A stretch of DNA of 49,772 nucleotides from Albugo candida (lineage: Eukaryota). Shown here in pieces: positions 26,411 through 37,713 of the stretch (position 1 is the first letter of the stretch; each line of letters begins with the position of its first letter). The translations under genes and the position numbers were made by a program. The DNA is taken from positions 186,001 through 235,772 of the forward strand of contig JBDOQK010000055.1 in NCBI GenBank assembly GCA_040437565.1, in the 5' to 3' direction. The notes beneath the pieces are model-generated. The model was given only the letters and a program-made list of their open reading frames with translations, had not been told where the DNA came from and searched no databases.

Positions 26411-27017
26411 GTCAGGAGAAAAATGTATTCTCTTACTGCGACAACATTGTAATCCGAATACATTATCCTGCTGTTTAATGCGGTTACCCTATCCTTGATC
26501 TTTATTTTTCTGCTCTTGTCGCATTTCTACAAAGTCTTTATTGGAATCGAATTACTTCTTGAATCTCAAGCTTTGTCAAGTGACGTTGCAAGCAAGATGC
26601 AAAATCAAACGCAGTAAAGCACCGACTGGTACATTTCGATCAAATTCTAGCACCAAATCTTCGNNNNNNNNNNNNNNNNNNNNNNNNNNNNNNNNNNNNN
26701 NNNNNNNNNNNNNNNNNNNNNNNNNNNNNNNNNNNNNNNNNNNNNNNNNNNNNNNNNNNNNNNGTCAGGAGAAAAATGTATTCTCTTACTGCGACAACAT
26801 TGTAATCCGAATACATTATCCTGCTGTTTTAATGCGGTTACCCTATCCTTGATCTTTATTTTTCTGCTCTTGTCGCATTTCTACAAAGTCTTTATTGGAA
26901 TCGAATTACTTCTTGAATCTCAAGCTTTGTCAAGTGACGTTGCAAGCAAGATGCAAAATCAAACGCAGTAAAGCACCGACTGGTACATTTCGATCAAATT
27001 CTAGCACCAAATCTTCG
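26411..27017. repeat. Gap-flanking duplication (26411-26663 = 26764-27017) with a 1-nt homopolymer difference
   Basis: Copies differ at TGTTTA vs TGTTTTA; gap 26664-26763. Confidence 0.9.
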
Positions 27018-27073
27018 CTTCTAGTCGAAGAAGAATTATCAGCTAACCGTGGTTGGTATGTAATCCAAAATCC

Positions 27074-29377
27074 TTACTCTAAGAACTTTCTACAGGTCTC
27101 AAGCAGATGATCCTGACGGAGCTCGCCCAAAGGAAGATTGAGTAAATCGAATGCCGCCAAAATACTGATAGCATCACTGTTCGAAACAGACATCGTCGGA
27201 TACCGTTGACTGAAATGTGTCAGGATAACGTGTCTGGCACGAGCATTACGTGCAACTTGTATCGCTTCTGAGAACGTCGAATGAGATTTGTCTTTGGCTT
27301 CCTTTTCCAATGTATCATCGAATGTTGCCTCATGGATAAACAGGTATGCGTCTGTGGCCGCAGAGACAAGATCCACGCTGGGACGACAATCGCCCGAATA
27401 TGCGATTTTGTGAATCTGATTGTTTGCCTCTTTTGAATCAATTGTCAGACTGCCTGCATACTGGAACACCACCGCATACGAGAGATGTGCGTGTTTGACC
27501 GGCACCGTCAGAAAACTCGCCAAACTTAGTTTTTCATAAAGGAATCTCAATGTCTCTCGACGAGTATTGTGATTGGGATCAAAATTCGAGTCGTTTGGAT
27601 TGAACACTCGGTTATCCACAAACCGATAGGAAGATTGGATAGAGCGATCAATCTGACAGTATTCTTCAAGCCAGTAGCGAATTTGTGTGGGTCCAATAAT
27701 CAGAAGAGGTTCATTGTACCCTACATGAGAGCGCTGACACAATATTCTCAATATTCCCAGATGATGATCGGCATGATTATGCGATATCCAGATACATTGG
27801 AGCTGTGATACAACTTGAGCTAACATTGGGTGATTCCCACCAACCGCACGGTATAATTGACCGAGACTACCTTCCCCACAATCTAGTAGTAATCCCCCAC
27901 ATTGCGCGTCAATCCCATGAAGCAAGAGGTAAATTCCACTGACATTACGAAATTTCGATGGAATTGCGCAGCCCGTTCCTAGAAATATAATGCGAGGAAT
28001 ACTGATATCCAGCTTCGGATTTGAGATTCCACTATCAGGTATCTCAGGTTTTTGAATTAGTTGCAAGCAATTCCCACGATGAAAACCTCGTTGGCTGACT
28101 GGCGACAAAGTATATTGAAGTAGACTTTCTCCGAGGATAACCGATCGGAATCTCTGCCAGTTGCTAGCTTGCATCCAAGTGGTCCACTCTTCTCCTGACT
28201 CGATACTCTTTCGTTCATAATCGTTAGATGGTATCAGTAGCGGAAATTCCGCATGCAACTGCGACTGCAATTGAGTGGAGGCTCGGAATACACTCATGTT
28301 AGGACATGCAAAATGATTCAATATCACATGATCGACGTCATCTCCGAACTTTTGCAACCACTTCACGTATCTGGCATCCGAAAGTATATTTTCTTCTGCT
28401 AAATGATAAATCACCCGCACATTTCTTTTCTCTTCCGCCACGACTTTTTCACCATTTTGAAAGATATTCCAGCCTTCCCAAAAAACTAGCTCATCGATAT
28501 AGTCGAAAGTGGGGCACGAAATGAGCAAGCAAACAGCTCCAGGAAGTGATGGAGACACGCAGTCATGGGAATGCACTATCTGTCCGTTCGATAACTCGAC
28601 ACTTTTCCCTTGATGAAGCTGGCCAAACATTTTTCCTTTCGGAACCCCAAGTGCAATTGCTCGATCCACAAGGAATTTCCCACGCTGCGGTGGCGTCTCA
28701 ATTACATAACTAATTGCAACATTCGACGCTTGCTTCATGAATCCTTGCTCTATCTTTTCACTTGGACCTGCATTACTGATCTCACAATGCTTTCTCTTGG
28801 ATTTACAGTGCATGGGTATGGCGTGGATGATAACTTCTCCCTTATACACAATTTGCCTTTTTCCACCTGCTGGCGTACAGGAACCGATTTCAGTGGTTTT
28901 TATCGACATGTTGGGTCTGCAAATTGGAATTCCATCAAAAATGAGGTCCACGCATTGTCGAATGCAAGGCACCTTGATAGGAAATGGCGCGTAGCGTGCA
29001 TATACTTTTGGGTCATCGGCGGTCCGTAAACATGAACTGCTTCTTTCTCACACGTATCTGATATTGTCAATATCATACCTGTATATATGTGTCAGTGTGA
29101 GTCTTTGATACGTCAATATTCACCTGGAAGTCCTCCGACTGACTTTACAGACAGTTGTGTTAGAAAAAGATGACGAAGTTTGCTGAGGCGAATGCGATGC
29201 TCCATGCACAATCGCTGTGTTCCGTCTCCTACATTGAATATAAATCTGTATGAATGTTAAGAAATGTTGCTTAGCGAATGGAAACACTGATTTTCACCTC
29301 TCTTTATCGGTTGATACGACCAGAGTTGGAGACAACTCTATTGACTCGGTGCTTAACACATGAACTTGCACCACCAT
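27074..29377 (-). CDS. ELAC2: tRNase Z long form (ELAC2/TRZ1), tRNA 3'-processing endonuclease
   Basis: Exon 1 MVVQVHVLSTES...; FNVGDGTQRLCMEH, GGLPGMILTI, exosite GKFLVDRAIALGVPKG, FLGTGCAIPSKFRNVSG, LLDCGEGSLGQ, SHNHADHH, YSGDCRP, IHEATF, HST, LTHFSQRYP. Confidence 0.95.
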
Positions 29378-29557
29378 TGCGTTGTGTACCGTAAACGCGG
29401 TACAAGGAGACGCTGGGTATTATTGGCCAATCTGAGCTAAAACTCACGATCTGACCGCTTGCAATAGACTTTGAAGACTTTTCATTGGTGATCGCAATAC
29501 CATAACCATAATGATTGGACGGATTATCAAAAGCATTTTCACTGGAAGCTAATCGAT
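29378..29557. promoter_or_regulatory. 180-bp bidirectional promoter between tRNase Z and GMP synthase
   Basis: Head-to-head ATGs at 29377 (-) and 29558 (+); palindrome ATTGGCCAAT at 29422-29431 gives a CCAAT box on each strand. Confidence 0.55.
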
Positions 29558-31369
29558 ATGAGCCAATTCGTAACGGATCGGTCACAAATTGCGATTCTTG
29601 ATTTTGGATCACAGTATAGCCATTTGATTGCACGTCGCGTACGAGGTTTGGTTTTGCTTGATTTCAGTCTCTGTTACTTGTGATCAAAGTGCATTCATAT
29701 TCATACTTGTGATAGAGCTGCATGTCTTTTGTGAACTGTACTCGTGTTTGGTGGATGCCAAAGAGCTTCGGCAGCATCGATTGAATGGTATCATCCTATC
29801 AGGAGGGCCCAATTCTGTATTTGACCCACTAGCACCTCATCTCAATCAGAGTGTGTGGGATCTCATTGAAGAACTAAAGCTACCGGTTTTAGGTGAGTTG
29901 CTCTCAGTAAAAGTTGCACAGACTCATATTCTTCTTTGATATAAGGAATATGCTATGGGCTGCAAGAATTAGCTTTCAAGCATAAAGGAGTAGTCGCTCC
30001 GTGTGATCATAGAGAGTATGGCAAGGCGATGGTAGAGACAATCTCTGACTCAGACTGTGGTGGTCTTCTCCAAGATCTACCAAATGAGTTTCAGGTTTGG
30101 ATGAGTCACGGTGATAAACTGACAGCTTGTCCGGATGGATTCCATGATATCGCCACTACAAAAAACTCTCCTCATGCGGCGATCTACAACCCAGAAAAAA
30201 AGTTTTACGGAATTCAATTTCATCCCGAGGTTGTTGTCACCTTTCGTACAATGGAATTGATTATTCGTAACAAAAGTCTGTGATCAGGTCACGCATTCAC
30301 CATTAGGGAAAAATCTTTTACGGAATTTCGCTGTCAAAATCTGTCAATCTCCGGTCGACTGGGATATGAGTAATGTTGCCGATCTATTCATTAAGCAGGT
30401 GCAAGAGACTGTCGGTCCATGTGGCCATGTTATCGGCGCTGTCAGTGGAGGTGTGGATTCCTCTGTTGCAGCTGTTCTCTTACAACGAGCTTTGGGCAAT
30501 CGCTTTCATGCTGTTTTAATTGATAATGGCTTACTGCGTGAAAATGAAGCTTTTCATGTCGTCAAGCGACTCAAAGACAAAATGGAGATCAATTTGCACT
30601 GTATTGACGCTTCCGATCGGTTTTTGACCTCTTTGAAAGGTATAACGGATCCAGAACAAAAGCGAAAAACAATTGGAAATTTATTTATTGAGATCTTCCA
30701 AGAGGAAGCTACTCGTTTGGGAAACATTGAGTTTTTATTACAAGGGACGCTGTATCCCGACGTGATTGAAAGCGTTTCGTACAAAGGACCGAGTGCGACT
30801 ATCAAGACACATCATAATGTGGGCGGTCTTCCAGAGAAAATGCATTTGAAACTGATTGAACCCTTACGGGAGCTGTTCAAAGATGAAGTGCGTGAGTTGG
30901 GTGTCGCACTTGGAATCGATCACGATAGCGTGTGGCGCCATCCGTTTCCAGGACCCGGACTTGCCATTCGAATTTTGGGAGAGATTTCAAAGGAAAGTTT
31001 GGATATATTGCGGCAAGCAGATACGATTTTTATCGATGAATTGCGTAAAAGCGGACATTATGAGACTACTGGACAGGTTCGTTTTCTTCTCCTTGTAAAT
31101 TGGGCAATGCACTTATATTTTATTCGCAGGCTTTTTGTGTCTTACTTCCCATCCGATCTGTGGGAGTGATGGGCGATGGCCGTACTTACGAAAAAGTAAT
31201 TGCTCTTCGTGCTGTTAGTACGTCGGATTACATGACTGCGGATTGGTATCCCATGCCATTTGATGTGCTGGGACGTATGTCCAGTCGTATCATCAATGAA
31301 GTGCGCGGGATCAATCGTGTCGTATACGACATATCCTCTAAACCGCCCGCTACAATTGAATGGGAATAG
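29558..31369 (+). CDS. GMPS: GMP synthase (glutamine-hydrolysing), multi-exon
   Basis: [105 protein letters not shown]. Confidence 0.97.
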
Positions 31370-31431
31370 ATTTAGATAAGATGATCGAACTTAAACGTTA
31401 AATCTTTTTATAAACAGCATTATAAAGCATC

Positions 31432-31752
31432 ATGAAATTGAAAGGCGGAGTCACTGCGGAGCATATCCGTCGAATGACGCGACGAGCGACTAATACGGGA
31501 CCTCTCACTGCTCCCGAAGAATTAACGATTTATATGAATGCGCTAATGAGACATGATTTCGATGATGAAGGATGTGAAGAAGAGTGCGATAATTTAGAAC
31601 GAGTGATGATGGAATCAGTAAGTTGTCAGAGTTTTATTTCCTAAGCTGAAAGACTTCGTGTTGTGAAATAGGAAAAGAAGAGTAAACAAGCGCATCGTCC
31701 GACTTTGAATTATCACGTTTTTCAGATGTTCAAAGGGAAAATAAAGCGATAA
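31432..31752 (+). CDS. Small protein resembling mitoribosomal mS37 (MRP10/CHCHD1), 2 exons (31432-31617, 31672-31752)
   Basis: Basic N-terminus, a CHCH-like helical hairpin spacing, and C-terminal TLNYHV resembling the mS37 INYHL motif. Confidence 0.55.
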
Positions 31753-32073
31753 GCAATTGACTCTCAGTTGCATTGGATAGAAATCTTGAGCAAGACAAAG
31801 AGCGTACAGAGCGTTAGCTCACTAGGACAATATAACGTTTCTTGATTTGCTCTATACAATAAGTACGAATCCTTCAGAGAATAGCACTATTGCTTGCACC
31901 TCCTACAAAGTCGAGTTTAGTACACGGGATTTCAGAAGTAAATATGCGGACTGCACATGCTTTTTGATAGGAATAAGTAGAAGAGGACGTTGATATCATA
32001 TTATAGAGGTAGGCTTGAACGATGGATTAAAGTTAAAGCGCCAAGTGCATTTACTCGCGCCAAAAAAGAAGCA

Positions 32074-33006
32074 ATGGTAATGTGCATAAAGTGTTTGTGC
32101 TTGAGACTGACTTGAATGTGAAAATTAGTCTACAACTCCATCTCAAGAGAATGTCATTACGCTTAAAGGTTCTACAGAGCTTGTAGCGGAATTTTTCCAT
32201 TACGGAATCAATAGGTTCCGTCTTGTACTCTATTACGGCTATAACCATTTACGTGTACACATTATAGCATCTTATATCAACGAGGTATCTATCCAGCAGA
32301 AACCTTTAAGCAAGAAGTACAATATGGTCTCAATATGGTCGTCACCGCCGATGAAAAGCTCGATCACTTTTTATCAACATTCTTGCAGCAATTATCTGGT
32401 CCGTTCATCCATTTCCTTGCGCTTGCTTTTCGATCAATTACAAGCCAATTTTTGAAGATTGGGCATCAAAATGTCAAGTACAGAAAGTGGTATTAGTGAT
32501 AACCGGCGTCGAGAGCAAGGAAGTACTGGAACGATGGGTTTTCGATGTTCAGACTCCGCTTCATTTAGAAAGGAATCATTCAGAGTGAGTTCAATCTCAA
32601 ATTTTAGCTGGCTGGCTCATCATCCCTGACATCGTTGCCTAAGATCTAGTCAACAATCGTCACAGAGAAAAGTCAAAGCACGTAAAGCGATTGTATCTGA
32701 AATTCAGGCTGTGATCAGGCAGATAACAGCTAGCGTATCGTTTCTTCCGCTTTTGCATGAGCCAAGCACTTTTGATCTATTAGTCTATACGAACAAAGAT
32801 TCCAATGTCCCAGCGCTTTGGGAAGAATCAGATCCGCGATATGTGAAGAACTCCGCTCAAGTTCGATTGCGGTCTTTTGATACAAATGTAAGTTGTGATA
32901 AGACCTTTTTGTTATATGAACTCTAACTTTCACTTTCTGCTTCTATCAGGTTCATAAAATAGACGCTTTTGTTGCGTACAAGAATCCAGATGAGAATAAT
33001 GCTTGA
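32074..33006 (+). CDS. MAD2: Spindle checkpoint HORMA protein MAD2, multi-exon
   Basis: ITLKGSTELVAEFFHYGINSILYQRGIYPAETF, VLERWVFDV, EIQAVIRQITASVSFLPLL, FDLLVYT, WEESDP, VRLRSFDTNVHKID. The first coding exon appears to be the ATG alone. Confidence 0.95.
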
Positions 33007-33033
33007 ATGAATGAAATGAGTGCTGTCCCCAAA

Positions 33034-33680
33034 TTACTTTGTTTTCTTGATCTCTTTCTTGTCGAACGATTTCAATATTGTGCGAAACGCGGTTTCAAAC
33101 CCTTTTTGATCAAAATATCCTTCATAATCGAAAAAATCGCCAACATACAATTTCTTCTCAGCTTTTCTTTGTCTTTTGTGGTCTTGAATGACCACACTAT
33201 AGTGATCGTCACCCACGCGAAAGCTCGTTTGTACAAAGATTGGTCCCTCTCCATTCTATAAAACATTCTGTCAGCGCGTGCGCGTCAAAATTGCATCAGA
33301 TAGTCACCTTGGTGTAATACTCAAAGAGTTTGTCACCATTCCAATAGCTCATACAAAGTAATACTCCTTGCAAAAAGAAAAAAGTGGCAACGCATCCAAC
33401 CGTAATTATTGCTTCGGTTATGTACTGATAGCCTTTGAAGAAGTGGGCAATCGCAGCAATCGCACAGGAAAGTGTTAATAGAAAAAGTTTGAAATTGTCG
33501 GCTTTGTAATCGATAGTAAATCTGGAATCATCGCCGACAATGTCTTTGACTGTATCGTCCAGCAAATTCTTGACTGCGCATTGGTCGCCGGTCTCGGTAT
33601 GTTCAGGATCTATTCACAGCGATTATCAATGTCGCACGAGAACGATATAAAGCCAACAGCAAACCTTTCTGTTTGCTCAT
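33034..33680 (-). CDS. SPCS2: Signal peptidase complex subunit 2 (SPC25 domain), 3 exons
   Basis: TGDQCAVKNLLDDTV, two hydrophobic segments, and C-terminal VGDFFDYEGYF. Confidence 0.8.
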
Positions 33681-33955
33681 TTCGTTGAAAAGGGGCGAAA
33701 GCAATATGAGGCGATGTATTTAAACCAATGAATACGCACGAGTTTGAGATTTGAATATGACTTCTTCGACGCAAAATCGATATGACAATTGTATCTCTTT
33801 GAAAGAGAATATCAGCCGCTTGGAAAGTAATGGAAAGGAAGTGGTTAGCTCTTTTGAAAAAGAAGATGTATCCCGTACGGTTTGTGTCTATTTGATGTGA
33901 TTTTGCTTTGGTGACGCGAGATAGAACAATAGGCTTTGGACGATCAAATGCGGTG

Positions 33956-34749
33956 ATGAAGAGAAAAGATGTCGGTCCGAGTACAGAGGGCAAAGAAACG
34001 AGGAAGAAAAGGTAGCAATTTATTATTTTAATGCGAAGATACGCTCGAAATGGCTTTTTGGATATACTTTAGACGCGTTCTGGGTGACATCTCCAATCGG
34101 CAACCAAACTCCGCTAATACAGAGAAGACTCGAAAGGAGATAGAAAAACCAAAACGTGTAGATGATATACAATCGATGAAAGAAAAGAAATTCGGGGTAT
34201 CACAGCCAAGCCCAACAGCACTTGATCTCAAGCAATCCAAAGTCACTGATACGGCTCCAAGGAAATCGAATATGGGAAGCATTGTAGAAGAGGTAGTTAG
34301 AATTAGCAACTATGTTCCATTGTATTTAAGTAATCTTCCAGGATGAAGTCGAATTTTCAGCTGGCGGGCTATCTCCACTAGAAGACGTCGATGATGACTT
34401 GAAGCTTCTTGAAGATGAGATTAAAGCTTCTTTAGAAGAATGCAAAGATGAATTTTGGGATTTTGTATCAAAAACAGGCGATGATGGAGAAGCCGCTAAA
34501 GTCATTGATCCTGACTTTGCTAGAGAGGCTGGACAAAGTCCATTACCCGAAATTGACCAAGGTCCCTGCATTCTGATGTCCTGATCTGCATTACCTTTCA
34601 TTGTGTTGGATACTGTAGATGAAATCACCGATGACGATCTCGAAGCACCAGATACTTATGCCGACAACTTTGTCGACGATGTACAAAGTCAGTTTTTCGG
34701 CAGAATACGATGTGACCCAATTGTCGCAAAAATTGTCGACAAACAGTAG
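33956..34749 (+). CDS. D-box-containing protein with a basic N-terminal half and an acidic C-terminal half; securin-like candidate; 4 exons
   Basis: Frame-consistent GT-AG splicing (introns 34012-34072, ~34293-34341, 34562-34618) gives KKRRVLGDISN ... EEDEVEFSAGGLSP ... SPLPEID. The gene is well supported; its function is inferred. Confidence 0.6.
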
Positions 34750-35456
34750 CAGCGACACGATAACTAAAATCGTACCAAATAAATTCTGTGTAGCAAGTGA
34801 CACGGATGCGATAGTATCTAATGACGCAAATTGGCCAACTATCGTGAATAACCTGCTACTAAATATAGGAGCGTCACGCTCAAGTTCCTTACCACCATCG
34901 AAACTATCGACAAGGCTTTGTGATGTGAGCTATATGCAATGCATTCTGTCGCCGTGTACGAAGCCTTTCTGCATTTGCGAGAGCGATCGTGCTGCAATTA
35001 ACGCTCAATCGCATCTGGTTATCATTACGTACTCGTGCATTACGCATTAAGTAAGGAATTTTTTCAACTAGTGATCCCATCGGAGAAAGCGATCATCCGC
35101 TTTATCATCGCGGAACTGAGCTGTGGAATTGAATATCCGAAGCATATCGAAGTATACGTAGTGGTATTTGCCCACATACCTGATACACTCGTAAGTTCTG
35201 GATCATAAGTGTCCATTAGGATCATTATATCTCCCGTTGGGCATGTTAGCCTGATTCTGACTATTCTGAGAGATCCAAGTATAGAGTATTGCCGCTCGTG
35301 CTCAAAAATGCTTCAACATGAGGTGCGTGCAACGCTCCATCTATTTTGGAAAAAGAGGGCGCTCAAGAAAGAACCGGCTTCCATCGCAAGAAAGTAGTGA
35401 GAAAATGGAAGAGCGCCAAACGAGAAGATGTGGGATGTGCAACCATTTGGCTACAA

Positions 35457-36132
35457 TCATAGGACATGTCCGATAAGGAACGCATAATTGTATACATCGT
35501 TATCTTTACTACATAATGCATTTTTGACCAAAGGTTTTTTGCTCAAAAAGACTGGGTTTCTTTCGTTATGATCCCAGGCATGTGTATACCTTGCGTATAG
35601 TATACAGTCCTGGTGTATTTTTGTTACAGTATAAATATCCTGATCTATTTCTGTGTAATCTCTAATTAGAAAAGTGGCATGAGTGTCATGAAAGTTATCA
35701 ACGTCAAGAAAGGCTATTTTGTCATAAAGGTAATCGGATGTGAAACCTATAAATTGGATGGGAGATTTACGTCGAAGCGAAGTGATGCTCTTCAAGAAGG
35801 AAAAGAGTGGCCACTAGGGAAGTATCGATGAGATCCAACACAACACACCTGTGAATTGATGAAACGATACGGTACTTTTCATCAAACAGTCTGNNNNNNN
35901 NNNNNNNNNNNNNNNNNNNNNNNNNNNNNNNNNNNNNNNNNNNNNNNNNNNNNNNNNNNNNNNNNNNNNNNNNNNNNNNNNNNNNNNNNNNNNATGAGAT
36001 CCAACACAACACACCTGTGAATTGATGAAACGATACGGTACTTTTCATCAAACAGTCTGTCTCATCAGACCCCTGACTTTAGGCTCAGCCTAAAGACGCG
36101 AAGAGAACACTGAGAAGCATAAAACCAAACAT
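35457..36132 (-). pseudogene. Pseudogene of a secreted protein
   Basis: ATG 36132 gives MFGFMLLSVLFASLG*A*SQGS, which continues in frame (after collapsing the gap overlap 35828-35893 = 35994-36059, one more stop) into ORF 35457-35795. Confidence 0.45.
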
Positions 36133-37149
36133 TTTTCCGCAAATAATGGAGCGTGTAAAATGTCTGTAGACGTGGCCTTTCACAGAAGTTGATACTTACG
36201 ATTGATTTCGTAGATGACTTGCGAGTAAAAAGGTAAGGCATGTGTCACTGAAAATCGTGTGCGGAGCGAATTAAGCATCCCTTGGGCATGTCTCGCTTGA
36301 TTGCTCTTCCGTGAAACTGATTTGTGCTGAATCACAATTGCGCCCATTACCGAGTCAGCATCTTCTGCCCATTTGCCGAGTCATTTTTATCACCCACTAG
36401 AGTCTTTTAGATTTCTTGACTCATTGCGTGATCCATCGTCCTAGCAGACCGGTTGCTTGTGGCTGATAATCACATGAAAATGTTTGGGTTTTTAAATCGT
36501 TGCGCCGACATGCATCTTGCAGGAGGCTAGTTGTTTGGCTTCCTAAGTAGCTTATTGCGATCAACAGCTCAGCAAGCAGAACCTTTTTATATCTATGAGA
36601 CCACAGAAACTTGCGTGATCTCAATGACAATTATACTGTCCAACGGCATCACATGCTTCCCACCCCACCCTGTGATCTACCATATGAAGCTTATAATGCT
36701 CTTGGGTACAGTATCATGCTCTATAATGTCCCACCGTGCTCTAGAATGTCGCACCGTGCTCTATAGTGCTCATTCACGGTCTATATAGGGCTCGTGTTCT
36801 ATGCGGCAAATACCACGTCCTCATGTTTGCAGGCGCGATCCCCGGTCTATTGCTCGAAGATTATCATCCAGCAACATGGGTATTAATATAATCTAATATC
36901 TGGTAAAGTATTCTCGTAAGAGAACTTTGGAGAACTTTTAGCTCAGAGCATCCCATAATTAGGCGAAGGGAGAAGGAAACATCGCAGAATTGGACGAAGC
37001 CTGAGGACAAAAACGTAAGTGCTTTGCTACTCTATAACAAAAGAAAGGCAGGAAATCTAAGGCGCAAGTAGATGTTAGGTATAGCTGACTTTCTGAATTC
37101 TTTCTGGTTAAATTGTGCAGTGTCAAAGTGAGAGGGCTCTACAAACAGG

Positions 37150-37166
37150 TCATTTGCAAATTTTCC
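37150..37166 (+). promoter_or_regulatory. Oomycete-type INR/FPR core promoter
   Basis: TCATTTGCAAATTTTCC about 20 nt upstream of ATG 37186. Confidence 0.6.
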
Positions 37167-37185
37167 AGCTATTGTAACATCGCAT

Positions 37186-37713
37186 ATGATCTCCTCAGCA
37201 TTTGTTTTCTACACATTTTCACTTTTCGCGTCTTTAAATGCGTGGCAGCGGTCGCAGGAAACTAAAATAGTTCCAACTTTCCGAGACCAGCTAGACAATC
37301 TGGTGTGTGGTGACATCAAAGTAAATGTGTCTTACGGGAAGTCAAAGAAAGAAATATGGGTTGGAATTGGATGCGTGATATATTCCACCGGCCTGCAAGA
37401 TCCCAAATGTGAGATCGCTTTCCTAGCAATCATGCAATCTGTATTAGACAACATCAAGCCCGGCATTGACGTGATGAAACCTGAAATTCATGACGTAGCA
37501 GCGGTACTACACTATTTATTCCCAACCCATGGTTACACTTGGCAAAATATGTATAGTCGTACCTCCAGGGAACAAATCAAGAACCTGATACACTACCGAC
37601 ACTCGTATGATTTTGAATGGGTGGGCTATGTAGATGGCTTGGTCAAAAGTCAGAACTCTAAATTCCTCATGTTGCTGCTTCTTTACTTGGCGTTGCATTG
37701 TCAAGTGGCGTGA
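37186..37713 (+). CDS. Intronless secreted protein (candidate effector), paralog B
   Basis: Signal-peptide-like MISSAFVFYTFSLFASLNA; shares C..(F/L)..(I/L)..S(V/I)L, D....LH..FP....T(W/F) and W...(V/L)..L....N..F...LL motifs with paralog A. Confidence 0.7.
   Translation: MISSAFVFYTFSLFASLNAWQRSQETKIVPTFRDQLDNLVCGDIKVNVSYGKSKKEIWVGIGCVIYSTGLQDPKCEIAFLAIMQSVLDNIKPGIDVMKPEIHDVAAVLHYLFPTHGYTWQNMYSRTSREQIKNLIHYRHSYDFEWVGYVDGLVKSQNSKFLMLLLLYLALHCQVA

Noticed and set aside
27220-29029. Plus-strand ORFs overlapping tRNase Z
   Set aside because: Antisense shadow ORFs of a well-supported gene
32074-34749. MAD2 near the securin candidate as a functional mitotic gene cluster
   Set aside because: SPCS2 lies between them and neighbours are unrelated; adjacency in a compact genome is likely coincidental without synteny data
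34619-35397. ORFs 34619-35050 and 35209-35397 as separate genes
   Set aside because: The first overlaps the last exon of the D-box gene in another frame; neither has recognisable motifs or a consistent splice model
36732-36800. Short direct repeats CACCGTGCTCTA
   Set aside because: Only two good copies and no associated structure
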